Position numbers and translations under genes: made by a program. Shown one piece after another: positions 37,101 to 44,988 of a stretch of DNA of 54,931 nucleotides; position 1 is the stretch's first letter, and every line of letters starts with the position of its first letter. This DNA comes from a virus (lineage: Duplodnaviria; Caudoviricetes). The stretch is taken from positions 1-54,931 of IMG/VR virus record IMGVR_UViG_3300035180_000859. One strand, written 5' to 3'. Under the pieces are notes generated by a model, which was not told the origin of the DNA, did not search any database, and saw only the letters and a list, made by a program, of their open reading frames with translations.

Positions 37101-38048
37101 TTCACGGCCCTTCTGTGCCAAATCTGACACGTTATCCCAGACTGACTTGACCTTCTCGCCCGTAGCGGTCTCACCTGCGGCATCGAGTTTTTCACCGGCT
37201 GTGTCTTTGGCTGCAGCCAGGCGCTCATTGATCGAGGTCTTCGCGGAGTTCACAGCATCGCCAATCGCTGCGCCATTACCCTTCAGGTAAGCACCGACGC
37301 CAGCCGGAACATGCGCGATGCCCATGGCCACTGCACCCCCGACGCCCACCTCGTTGGCGCGGCCATAGTCGAACGCGGCATTCGGGTCGACAGCCTGCTG
37401 GTTAATCAGCTCAGCCCCGCCCATGCCGCCGTAGCCTGTGGCGGCGCCCTCGCCGACATTCTTAACCAGCGCACGACCCAGCGACGTTTCACCACCCCGC
37501 AGGACGCCTTTACCCAGTACACCACCGATGGGTAGACTCATCAGTGCACCGCCTGCTACCCCGCCGAGCCCGGCGCGCAGCGCACGCTGGCTTACTGGCT
37601 CAGCAGCTACGTTCGGATCAGCCTGCTGGCGTTCGTCGATATCCCCAGCGCCGAGCGGGGCCATAGCCAGCGTGCCACCCACCAGCGGGTTGCCGGTCAG
37701 TAATGTACCGGCTGCTGCACCCCCGATGACTGGCAGCATCTCGCCCGCTTTACCCGCGCCCCAGCGCAGCGCCTGGCCGACGCCATGCACATCGTTCCAG
37801 GTAGGGGCCTCGGCCGCAAACTGCTGGGCAGCCGCGGCCTCACGCAGGCCCTGGGCGCTACCCCGTAGGGCCTTTGCAGCGCCCGGAAATCCCAGGGCCT
37901 CGGCTCCAAGGCCTCCAGCCTGCTCTAGGCTGGCACCAGCCCCGCGCACCCCCCTACTGAGGCCCTTGGAGGCCTCGCCAAGGAGGGTTGGGTCATCTGG
38001 AATCTGCGCCGGGTCGGTTTGGCGTGCGAGGTCAGCGATCAGCCCCAT
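31137..38048 (-). CDS. Very large internal virion (ejection-type) protein, 2303 aa, with HExxH motif
   Basis: Gly/Ala-rich N-terminus, helical body and AYHESLHAFF; last gene of the structural operon, as in podoviruses. Confidence 0.8.
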   Translation of the reverse strand: MGLIADLARQTDPAQIPDDPTLLGEASKGLSRGVRGAGASLEQAGGLGAEALGFPGAAKALRGSAQGLREAAAAQQFAAEAPTWNDVHGVGQALRWGAGKAGEMLPVIGGAAAGTLLTGNPLVGGTLAMAPLGAGDIDERQQADPNVAAEPVSQRALRAGLGGVAGGALMSLPIGGVLGKGVLRGGETSLGRALVKNVGEGAATGYGGMGGAELINQQAVDPNAAFDYGRANEVGVGGAVAMGIAHVPAGVGAYLKGNGAAIGDAVNSAKTSINERLAAAKDTAGEKLDAAGETATGEKVKSVWDNVSDLAQKGREKFDDTVDKVLNGEELGVNPGDWARATTDEAKRRLIELSDNEHVKAATKWGKEMLDDAGLDAAKRADVLDAMSNIKDRTGQMAMAGLKKTWDTAKAGSQMVNDFVDTVKDEYAKSKAAAERADVDVEARTVDEPTSAPEQLGYTPPPATKPTIAERKAFLDAREAEGMDPAEARQAYIESLSKKSEDYSGANAAVAKAIQESGIVTKRPELFGSDESINSMADALRVVAEQAVKGKLSEQVVSKMADVFGKDAPHVINTVSRVLAGANLDPAQTDRIFKAINRVDDAQKSRGDLQQFLTRSMTDESFKSSLAKGMLPEFADTMVRHARGELTRNSTPEEAKAINSKMAELMQEHFGEHADAVSKRIEQEAKRSQTPGDTRNFNDVLRQAGVGPLRGPDQEGSPNMERGGGADYNDDVLTNEHGDELRAKDNFDEDGNRLQDAEQDKTYFGLSKPNISGHQSSVINGTAMHEKSQYAEKYLQALKDKYSTYSEEKYDKDGNKIPPRLLRTAEQNGYDIRFEKMEGSEFGHIVVEDRKNPGEFNADELDRMKLDAKLHSNSPSRIEIGTKVTTGGKKSPLHIIDAVKVAKFMRNKMQDKFQSDVPTTSAQRLIDGFKQGIALLSAQFKQKINVSNDAVIGRIGGKPLTWGEAKKLRFDTAEDRMSATGKAKLADLRADYKTASGRDRAEIIKEVQKLADFEKDRELTAGGDEQTSAARYAEKLRDTQVMNVKGDRKPRVNFPSGPHELKDGRYDDNGMLTKAGAMQLLAGDAHGGLYSRVPSRQMEDTGMFGKYGPSKMSSSSLHDADRTGNDLGQGRREIGSDENIHLTTAMNGETPGRGANLDGSGQWISNRADAREALDNVANELKARTSKAQQALGDRLKSLLPAEVLIRMTDKDRASLDRVPVLKKPSELAEIINPLAEKYGKLVESVVGPRGKKAPSAPMAVPKEDFFTLAKRETAEFKNASLAWLTKEAAMERAIAPHREESGSRGGENYDPGMMNARLDALETEIASRKNAKPEAISAPKPNILANAIAKRQEYLNNPPASYTPADNAAIASWARAQLDRVLERQKNEKGASVDRQDQLSDYKADLMTLLAKSKSVAEGDSSLKDFEGSPDPKAQAAKTAAAAKSGEDKRSAESTDPNINNAKTYSSSDIKDHIEKVLGKSVKLAWASFTHAGEFTRARTGDIIRLSIHALDPMSTAYHESLHAFFAQLRDAGAHDIINVVTKTASSEHVIKQLNELFKNQPEVLKQLKDPEERAAYMYQMWAADPKGFKVSINARNTFQRIAAFIRKVMGTWTNDERAQHIMNYFHEGQYARDMGSPSAVRHVLMDSHKSQILDTARSFTEPLGRLADALVGMGGDRLRNTGIPALRDLADIINRDSTTEGGDQGFIQASRIKATKMRTEFGELLHGLSDEQAHDTMEALQGNKPAASPEAQLAVRNIKQFLAESHKYMTQAGVKLGNLGPDYFPRVWDTHYISKNQQAFRDMLEPYIRSGAMKGSADSLISRLTSHGGAELGIDSRETNQPGMQHTKERLLSFITPADAAQFLEKNLFTTMSSYINQAARKAEWTRRLGNGKLEQLLADAKGQGASKEHLNLAEDFMKGVDGTLGDDMNPTARRMVGNMLVYQNVRLLPMAAFSMLIDPMGLVVRGGTINDAWGAFRRGMKGVTQTFSKEGSVAADQGTKWAELVGAVDSSMMGSVMGDVFSQGMVGGTAQKINNAYFKYNLVEGLNRSFRVGAVEAAVRFLGRHAGGLEGLGDSTHSKRWMRELGLRKGDIVKVGDHIALTEADGLTSAQVTRVHAAINQWVDGAVLRPDAANKPIWMNDPHYALIAHLKQFVFAFQKVILGRVMHEMRHGNYAPMAALASYVPIMIAADTAKGLIQGGGDTPEWKKGWDLSDYIGYGIQRAGLLGVGQFGLDVATDIHHGGIGVGALTGPTIEQLVDGLQTLSGKKPAGSTVMDALPANALYKESIGGGSDGGPMFAD

Positions 38049-41000
38049 TATTTAGCTCCTAGATAGTTCGATCCGCTGCCCCAGTTGGGCAGGAAGTGAT
38101 TGGCCTCGGCGCCGTAGCGAAGGTTGGACTCTGGGATTTGCTGCCCTCCGACCAGTCTGCGTCGCTGCTGCAAACCAGTGCTGGTCTCAGCGTTTCCGGG
38201 GGCATCCGCATAGTCGAGTAGATTCCTGGAAGTACCCCCACCAGAGGAAAACGGCCCAGCACCGATGGTATTCGCATGGAGCTGTTGGCGCTCAAACAGC
38301 ATCGGTAGCACGGCACGGTCAGCGGCGTCCAAAGCAGCCGGCCCACGCTGATTGAGGTCACGCGCATAGGCACGATCCTGCGGGTTCGGGCTGTTTGAAT
38401 ATTTCTGGATGATGTGACCAATGGTGTCCGACACCGACGAGGTGTAGGCAGCGGCTTTCTGTGTGTCTGGCACGACCTTACCGTCTTTGTCTTTTGTCTG
38501 GAACAAGCTGTTCGCTTGCTCGGTGAAGGCCTTATCCCCGGCTTCGCGCTGGCTGAACTGGTCATTACTGACGTTGCGGTTGTAGTCGCGCTGGTTGTTG
38601 CCCTGCTCAATACCAAATTTGTAGTTGTTGAACGCGTTGGTCATTTTGTTGCTCATGAGTGAGGCATTATTGTTCATGGCCGTTGTACGCAGGCTGGTGT
38701 CGTCGTTCATGCCAGTGGTGCGCAGGTTGGTGTTTGCCTGGAGCTGAGCCTGGGCCATCTGGGACGCTGCCTGCGCATCTGCCACGCGCAGGGCGGCAGC
38801 AGTTTTGATTGGTAACCCAGCGTACCGGTCACCAGCGTTCTGCGCTCCGAAGTAGGCGTTCTGACGGTCCAAGTCAGCTCGGTGCTGAATGGCGTTATTA
38901 GTCTGCTCCTGCTTCCAGTCGTCTGCCTCGCGTAGACGTCGTGCCTTGGCTTCTGGGGTCGACACTGTGGTCCAGCCAGGCTTGTCACTGTTCGCCCTGG
39001 TGAACACATCCATGGTGCCCGCTTCATTGTCGATGTTGCGTGTATCGTTGAGTTTGGCGAGTCCGGTTGGGTTTTCGGCAGCAAAGGCATCCATCTTGGC
39101 CTTGTTAGCGGCGTCGAAGTTTTGCGGCTGGGCTGCGCCCGGGGCGCTCACGCCTGTGGGCGCAACAGCTTTTGGCCCAAGCGTATTGGCGACCGCCGCG
39201 TCTCTGTCCTTCATAAAGTAGTCGGACACTACCGGGGCCAGCGCCTTGGCACCTTCGTAGGCACCACGCAGACCGAGATAACCGGCAGCGAGCGGCGCAG
39301 CAGGCGTGCCTAGGGCAGCACCCGCAGCCATGTCGCCCGCGCCCTTGGCCATCTTCCAGCCATCGCCCTCGTCCATGCCGGTGGCAAGATTGTAGGCACC
39401 TGACAGCACAGGGACGGCACGCCCCATGGTGCCGCGCAGCGCGCCAGCAAGTTTTTGGCCTGTACGGTAACCACCAGGAGCGTTCGGTGGACCGGAGTTC
39501 GGAGGAGCTACGGGCCCACGCGGCCCTGCAGCCCCGGGGGAGGCAGCTTGTTGGCCCAGAGGTTCGCCCATGTCGTCGTAGAAGTCGCCGAAGGCATTGA
39601 CTGCACGCAGCCCCTTGCCACCCACCGCCTTGGCATCTGCCATCGCAGGTGTCATGCCCTTGTTGGCCAACACTTCTGCACGCAACTCACGCAAGTGGCC
39701 ACGTAGCGCAGGCTGAGCATTCAGCATGTCGTTGGACACCACGAACTCGCCCGGCTCATACTTCGCTGGAATCTTGTCGCCGGTACCGGTGCCTGGCACG
39801 ACTCCGCCCTGCCCGGTGCGGAGGCCGCCGCCATTGCGCAGACCGGCTTTGGGGTCATTGTCTTGGGCGCCGAGGTTCCACCCGACTACACCCCGGGCAT
39901 TCTTTACGCTCTGCACGATAGAGCCTGCGCCGGCCTTTGCCAAGGACCCCGCCGTGGACATCTGCGGAGGGACACTAGGGTGGTTGAGAGGGTAGAAAGG
40001 GTTATCGGCGTACTGTCCGATCATCCCCTCGGTAACTGGTGATGGTGCGGCCTGGCGTGCAGCCATCAAGGCCCGTGCCTCCTTAACAGCCTGTATGCCA
40101 GCCCGTGCTCCTTGTCCAAGCAGTAACTCAGGGTGTGAGCCTTCGAGCGCCTGGTGCTGCTCCAGGTACGCACGATAGGCCGGGTTCGCCATGTCCGGCA
40201 CCCGATCCATCACGCTGACATAGCCGTCCGCGGCGTGGATTTCACCGCCGTGTTTCATACTGAAGTTGTTCATGGGGGCCTTGCCCCCGGGGATCGGGGC
40301 GAGCCCAGACGCCGCACCCGAGTAGTTCGGCATGGATGACTGGGCCGGTGTGACCAGCGAGCCGCTGGAGCGCACCTGCGCCAGCTTTGCGGCATCGCGT
40401 TGAGCGAAGCCGTCGGCAGCGCCCATGTCCTGGGCGTTCGGCTGACCATTGCTGCGCCCAGGGGCAGACCACTCCTGCATGGAGACGTTGCCGTGGTTCG
40501 ATCGAGCCGGGTTGAACGAGCTGTTGAAGCTGGTGTTATCGCCAAAAGCGTTGGCGCGCAGAGACGGGGTGGCTGGAGCTGCTGGCTGAGCAGGCACAGC
40601 GGGGGTAGCGCCGAACCCCTGATGCTGACCGTAGTTTGTAGTTGGGGCAGCAGGGCTGGGTGCCGACGGGTGATAGCCCTGGTGCTGCGAGTAACCTGTC
40701 GACGGGGCGATTTGCGCTGGTGCTGCAGGTTGCGCCATCGTCACGCGGGGTGGTGAGTAACTGATGGGCGCACCGCTCGACCAGGTAGTGGGCACACCAG
40801 GAACAAGCTCAGGAGTCGTGATGCCCCAGTCGTCGAGCGCGCTCCCCATAGTGTCGAACAGCCCCCGATGGCCACCTATATCCGGTCCGCCCGACTGGAG
40901 GTGGAGTTCACCCCCATCACGTAGCTGCAGTCCAGTAGGCATAGCCATGTTAAACCCACCTGTAGACATGCCGCGCGCAGTGGCCTTTCGGTCAGCGCTG

Positions 41001-41188
41001 AACGCCCCGGTGGTAGGCGCTACGGGCATATCAGCCACCTGACCCGAGCCGACCTGGTCCTGTATGCGTGTGCCCATCGACTCCAGTCCATCCTCTGCGC
41101 GGATTACCGGCTGATTCTTGGCGAATCGGTTCATCAGCTCCACGCCGTTGGAGGCCCGCAGGCTCTTCGCTTTTGGTTTACAGCTCAT
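38048..41188 (-). CDS. Internal virion or pilot-like protein, 1046 aa
   Basis: Low complexity; GGVVPGTGTGDKIPAKYEPGEFVV motif seen in tape-measure and ejection proteins. Confidence 0.75.
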   Translation of the reverse strand: MSCKPKAKSLRASNGVELMNRFAKNQPVIRAEDGLESMGTRIQDQVGSGQVADMPVAPTTGAFSADRKATARGMSTGGFNMAMPTGLQLRDGGELHLQSGGPDIGGHRGLFDTMGSALDDWGITTPELVPGVPTTWSSGAPISYSPPRVTMAQPAAPAQIAPSTGYSQHQGYHPSAPSPAAPTTNYGQHQGFGATPAVPAQPAAPATPSLRANAFGDNTSFNSSFNPARSNHGNVSMQEWSAPGRSNGQPNAQDMGAADGFAQRDAAKLAQVRSSGSLVTPAQSSMPNYSGAASGLAPIPGGKAPMNNFSMKHGGEIHAADGYVSVMDRVPDMANPAYRAYLEQHQALEGSHPELLLGQGARAGIQAVKEARALMAARQAAPSPVTEGMIGQYADNPFYPLNHPSVPPQMSTAGSLAKAGAGSIVQSVKNARGVVGWNLGAQDNDPKAGLRNGGGLRTGQGGVVPGTGTGDKIPAKYEPGEFVVSNDMLNAQPALRGHLRELRAEVLANKGMTPAMADAKAVGGKGLRAVNAFGDFYDDMGEPLGQQAASPGAAGPRGPVAPPNSGPPNAPGGYRTGQKLAGALRGTMGRAVPVLSGAYNLATGMDEGDGWKMAKGAGDMAAGAALGTPAAPLAAGYLGLRGAYEGAKALAPVVSDYFMKDRDAAVANTLGPKAVAPTGVSAPGAAQPQNFDAANKAKMDAFAAENPTGLAKLNDTRNIDNEAGTMDVFTRANSDKPGWTTVSTPEAKARRLREADDWKQEQTNNAIQHRADLDRQNAYFGAQNAGDRYAGLPIKTAAALRVADAQAASQMAQAQLQANTNLRTTGMNDDTSLRTTAMNNNASLMSNKMTNAFNNYKFGIEQGNNQRDYNRNVSNDQFSQREAGDKAFTEQANSLFQTKDKDGKVVPDTQKAAAYTSSVSDTIGHIIQKYSNSPNPQDRAYARDLNQRGPAALDAADRAVLPMLFERQQLHANTIGAGPFSSGGGTSRNLLDYADAPGNAETSTGLQQRRRLVGGQQIPESNLRYGAEANHFLPNWGSGSNYLGAK

Positions 41189-41226
41189 GGTCTATTCCTT
41201 ATCTTGTTTAGATTATCGACGATTTA

Positions 41227-43113
41227 TTACGTCGCCGACTCGACCGCGAGGGAATTCATCCCGGCCATAGCCGCGCCGGCCAAGTTTGCGTGTACCGTGG
41301 CGTTCGCCGTGTGGAGCTGGGCGATGGTCTTGCCGTAGTTCTGGGTCAGCTCTGCTGACTTCAGCATCGCCTCAACGCTGAGCTGACCGTTCTTGATGGC
41401 AACATCCGAGGTGGCCCTGTAAAATTCGGTCTTCGTCTGGGCTTGGGCCACCGCAGCGGACACCTCAGCCTGAAACGCCACAACCTGCTGGCGCTGGTTC
41501 TCCAGCTGAGTGCGGGCCACTTCGCCCTTAGCCTGCACAACGGTCTTGTAGCCGTCCATGGTAGCCGTGTACTGCTTGGCCCGGGCGTCGTTGGTGGTGG
41601 CTGCAGCCTGCGCCACCGCGGCTTGGGCGTCAATTGAAGACTTGTACCCGAGGACCCGAGAGTTGTAGGCCTGTGCCTGCACGCCATAGGCCTGAACCTT
41701 AGCGGTGTCGCCAGCAATTTGGGCGGTATAACCCTGCCATTCAGCGGTCTTGGCGCTCACCTGAGCGCTGTAGGCCTGGACCTGGGCCTGAAACACATCG
41801 ACCTTGATTCGCTCCAGCGATGCTTTCGACACTGCAGCCTCGACCTGGGTGCGGTACATGGAAGTCTGAGCGGTCAACACATCAATGCGCGCGCGGTAGA
41901 CGTTCACTTTGGCCATGTCCACCTGGGTCAGTGCCTGCAGCGCTTGAATTTCGGCCTTGTAGACCTCGATGCTCGCAAGCGCCGCTTGAATCAGTGTCTG
42001 GAATACGCCAGCCTCAGTCCTGTAGCCATCCAGCCGCGCAGAATACGCCCGCACCGTGGCATTGTAGGTCTCCACCAGCGCATTGACCACGCTCTGCGCG
42101 TAGGCGGACGCCTGACCGTTCAGGCTGATCAGGTTCTGCATATAGCTCATCGTGGCGCCGACCATGGCAGTGCGCAGCCCGGTGCTGGTAGTCACGGCGA
42201 ACTGCAGGTTTTTCTGCTCCATCTCAGCCTGCATCACGACGATCTCGCTGGCAGCCCTGGCGTTGTTGTCTGCCCCACCTTGACGAGCCTGCTGGGTGGC
42301 CGAGAACAGCGCACCGGTGGGCATAGTGAACCCGCGTGTGGCTGCGTCGGTCAGGCTCTGATCGCGTACGCGCAGGGCCTCAGCGTTGTTCTTGCTGCGG
42401 GCGCGGGCGTAGATGGCGTCTTCGACTGCCATGTTCAGCCCTGTGCCGCCAGCTAGGTAGGTGCTGAGCTGCGCCTCAATCTTTCCCATCTGGCTGTGGA
42501 ACTCGGGGTTGAGCTTGGTCAGTTCCGCATCCACGTAGCCGTTGACCATGGTGACAAACTCAGGCGCGGCTGTGTGGTAGGCGGTGTCCAGCGTGGCGGA
42601 CAGGTCGCCGGGGGCATTGCCTATGTCTGTAGGTTTCACACCGCCGAATGACGGCATCACTGTGGCCGGTGCGGTCGGGATGACGTAGTCCATCATCGTA
42701 GGTGCTTCAGGGGTGATCAAGCTCGGGGCGGTAGGAAACGCTGCGCTCAGGTCGACGGTAGGTAGCGACGCGGTGAACTCCGCCAGCTGGCTCGGTGTGC
42801 TGAACGACCCGGGCGTAGGGGCCACGGCGGTGAACTCGGGCGTCGTACCGGTGATGATGGCCGGGATGTCCTGGAACGTCAATGTGGTGGTCGGCTGCGT
42901 TGGCAGGTCGAGCGTCACACCGACGAGGGTCGGGGCGGTCATCAGCGGCAGCGTGCCCGGCTGGGCAGGCAAAGCCAGCGGGTTGAATGTGACGTTATAG
43001 TAGCCAATCTGCTGAACTGCATCGATAGCTGCAGACACTGCAGAATCCGCGTCCGTAAGCATAGTCCCTGCATAGCCCCTAGCCTCGGTGATGAGGGTTG
43101 TTGCTTGTGTCAT
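41227..43113 (-). CDS. Virion structural protein with long coiled coil
   Basis: Pro/Thr-rich N-terminus, RGFTMPTG and a Y-x6 heptad C-terminal half. Confidence 0.75.
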   Translation of the reverse strand: MTQATTLITEARGYAGTMLTDADSAVSAAIDAVQQIGYYNVTFNPLALPAQPGTLPLMTAPTLVGVTLDLPTQPTTTLTFQDIPAIITGTTPEFTAVAPTPGSFSTPSQLAEFTASLPTVDLSAAFPTAPSLITPEAPTMMDYVIPTAPATVMPSFGGVKPTDIGNAPGDLSATLDTAYHTAAPEFVTMVNGYVDAELTKLNPEFHSQMGKIEAQLSTYLAGGTGLNMAVEDAIYARARSKNNAEALRVRDQSLTDAATRGFTMPTGALFSATQQARQGGADNNARAASEIVVMQAEMEQKNLQFAVTTSTGLRTAMVGATMSYMQNLISLNGQASAYAQSVVNALVETYNATVRAYSARLDGYRTEAGVFQTLIQAALASIEVYKAEIQALQALTQVDMAKVNVYRARIDVLTAQTSMYRTQVEAAVSKASLERIKVDVFQAQVQAYSAQVSAKTAEWQGYTAQIAGDTAKVQAYGVQAQAYNSRVLGYKSSIDAQAAVAQAAATTNDARAKQYTATMDGYKTVVQAKGEVARTQLENQRQQVVAFQAEVSAAVAQAQTKTEFYRATSDVAIKNGQLSVEAMLKSAELTQNYGKTIAQLHTANATVHANLAGAAMAGMNSLAVESAT

Positions 43114-43116
43114 GGT

Positions 43117-44988
43117 TTAAATCCTTCGTGTCAGGTTGTGAACATCGAGCTCGACGGCGTCGATCTCGCAAGTGCCGGTGCCCGAGGCGGCCAGCGCGTA
43201 GTAGCGGGCTTTGAGCCCTCGGCCGAAAGACTGCCGATGATTCTGCGCCAGCGCACCGCGCGGGGTTGTGAAGCTGTAGGCCACCGGCGCTTTCTCCCCG
43301 GCGCTCAGGGTGATGTTCGATGCCGGCCCGAACCGGCCGCTGAAGTACGCGCTGGCGAGGGTCTTCAGGTTGGGGTTCTTGAAGTCGGTCATCGCAGTCT
43401 CCACTGCCCATGGGATCGGCGTGGTGTCATCGGTCGTGCCTTCCAGGAGATAGAGCCCCGTCGAGTTCGCACCGTAGTAGCTGTTCTTGTAGCGCACGAC
43501 ATGGGTGAACGGGAAGTTCGTGTAGTGGGTCATCTCGTCGATGGGTTCAACCCCCGGGCGCGGCGTGTGGTTCAGGTTGACCGCATAGGCCTCGTAGGTC
43601 GCCACGACGGTCGCCGTGCCGATGGCGGTGAGCGTCGCCATCGGGGCGATCAGCCAGGCCTGCGCCGTAGCGCCAAGCTGGGCCGCCGGGGCCAGCAGAT
43701 TCGCGGAGCCATGGTTCTCGGCGGTGGCACTGGCAGAGAGCTGGAACAGGGGGCAGGTGATCTGCGCACCCCCGATGCCACCAGCGGTACCGCTCGCCTG
43801 CAGTGTCGGGCTGCCGGTCAGGGTAATGCTACACACTGCGCCACTGTAGCCAATCAAGTTCGGGCTGGGGGCGGATAGGTACGCCCTCGCCATGGCCGAG
43901 ACGGCGCCGGATGCAGCGAGCACAGGGTTAGGGGCGGTGAGATCAGCTTGACCCCAGATTGTCACAGTGCCGGCGGCTGAGAGCGTCGAGCTGGGCGCTG
44001 ATGCTCTGGCGTTCGCGCCGGTCGTTATGGTGAGCAGCGGGGGTGGGGCGGTCAGGAACGCAGCCTGTTCTCCGTAGGAGTAATGGGCGGTTGAGTAGAG
44101 GGTCGGAGACGGAGCAGAGAGGGCTGAATTGGCCCCACCGTAGCCAGAGACCCGCGCAGCGGGGGCGGTGAGCGATGAGCTAGCTCCGCCATAGCCGGCG
44201 ACCTGCGCAGCGGGGGCTACAAGCCGGACAACCACGCTCGGCCTCCCAACGCCGTAGGCGGCGGCGGAAGGGGCTGTGAGCGTGGCCGTCGCCCCGCCGA
44301 AGGCTACAAGCGTTGCGGATGGGCTGACGATGGCGGGGGGTATGATGGCGTTGGCTAGACCGGTTGTGTGCGGCTCGTCGACAATGATGGTGCCACCGAT
44401 TACCATCTCGATCGAGGACATCCCATACGCGCTGTATAGCGGGTTGTACGCGCCATAGACTGTGTTCCCACCGCCTATAGTGGTGGTCCCAGCTCCGTTA
44501 AGCAGCGTAGCGACCTGCTGTCCATTATCGACCAGGATGCGGAGCTCATATAGCGTGTTGGCGGTCAGCGCTATCGGAGCAATGTCAGATACTGCCTCGA
44601 ACAAGGCTTCAGTCTTCAGGGTCCAGACTCCTGAAGTGTCGCCAGCGAGCGTAAACCTGAACAGTCGACCGCCCGAGCTTATCGTTACAGTCAATCCTTT
44701 GTGACCTGCTGCGCAGGCACCCACATTAGGGCCAGTCGTGAACAGTAGAGTAGTCGTTCCACGGATCGGACCACCATAGCTGACGCTATCGAGCCCGTAC
44801 TTGGCTGTGCCAAACGAGCCGGTGTTCACCTGGGCAGCGCTCATGGCGCCGTTCGAGACGATATTGACGTCGCTGGTCACCCACCCTAGCCCGCCATAGG
44901 GGGTGTCGGGGATATGCCCGTTCAGCGTACCGTTCGCCGCCGTGAAGTAGTCATACAGGAATGTGGGGTCTGAGGGTGGAGCGAACAT
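43117..44988 (-). CDS. Virion structural or tail protein with LTAP repeats
   Basis: Repeated A-x-L-(T/S)-A-P units; structural operon. Confidence 0.7.
   Translation of the reverse strand: MFAPPSDPTFLYDYFTAANGTLNGHIPDTPYGGLGWVTSDVNIVSNGAMSAAQVNTGSFGTAKYGLDSVSYGGPIRGTTTLLFTTGPNVGACAAGHKGLTVTISSGGRLFRFTLAGDTSGVWTLKTEALFEAVSDIAPIALTANTLYELRILVDNGQQVATLLNGAGTTTIGGGNTVYGAYNPLYSAYGMSSIEMVIGGTIIVDEPHTTGLANAIIPPAIVSPSATLVAFGGATATLTAPSAAAYGVGRPSVVVRLVAPAAQVAGYGGASSSLTAPAARVSGYGGANSALSAPSPTLYSTAHYSYGEQAAFLTAPPPLLTITTGANARASAPSSTLSAAGTVTIWGQADLTAPNPVLAASGAVSAMARAYLSAPSPNLIGYSGAVCSITLTGSPTLQASGTAGGIGGAQITCPLFQLSASATAENHGSANLLAPAAQLGATAQAWLIAPMATLTAIGTATVVATYEAYAVNLNHTPRPGVEPIDEMTHYTNFPFTHVVRYKNSYYGANSTGLYLLEGTTDDTTPIPWAVETAMTDFKNPNLKTLASAYFSGRFGPASNITLSAGEKAPVAYSFTTPRGALAQNHRQSFGRGLKARYYALAASGTGTCEIDAVELDVHNLTRRI

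Noticed and set aside
31137-38048. Virion RNA polymerase (N4-like)
   Set aside because: No T7-type or double-psi-barrel catalytic motif was recognisable by eye, so it is not claimed. A structural search would be needed to exclude it fully.
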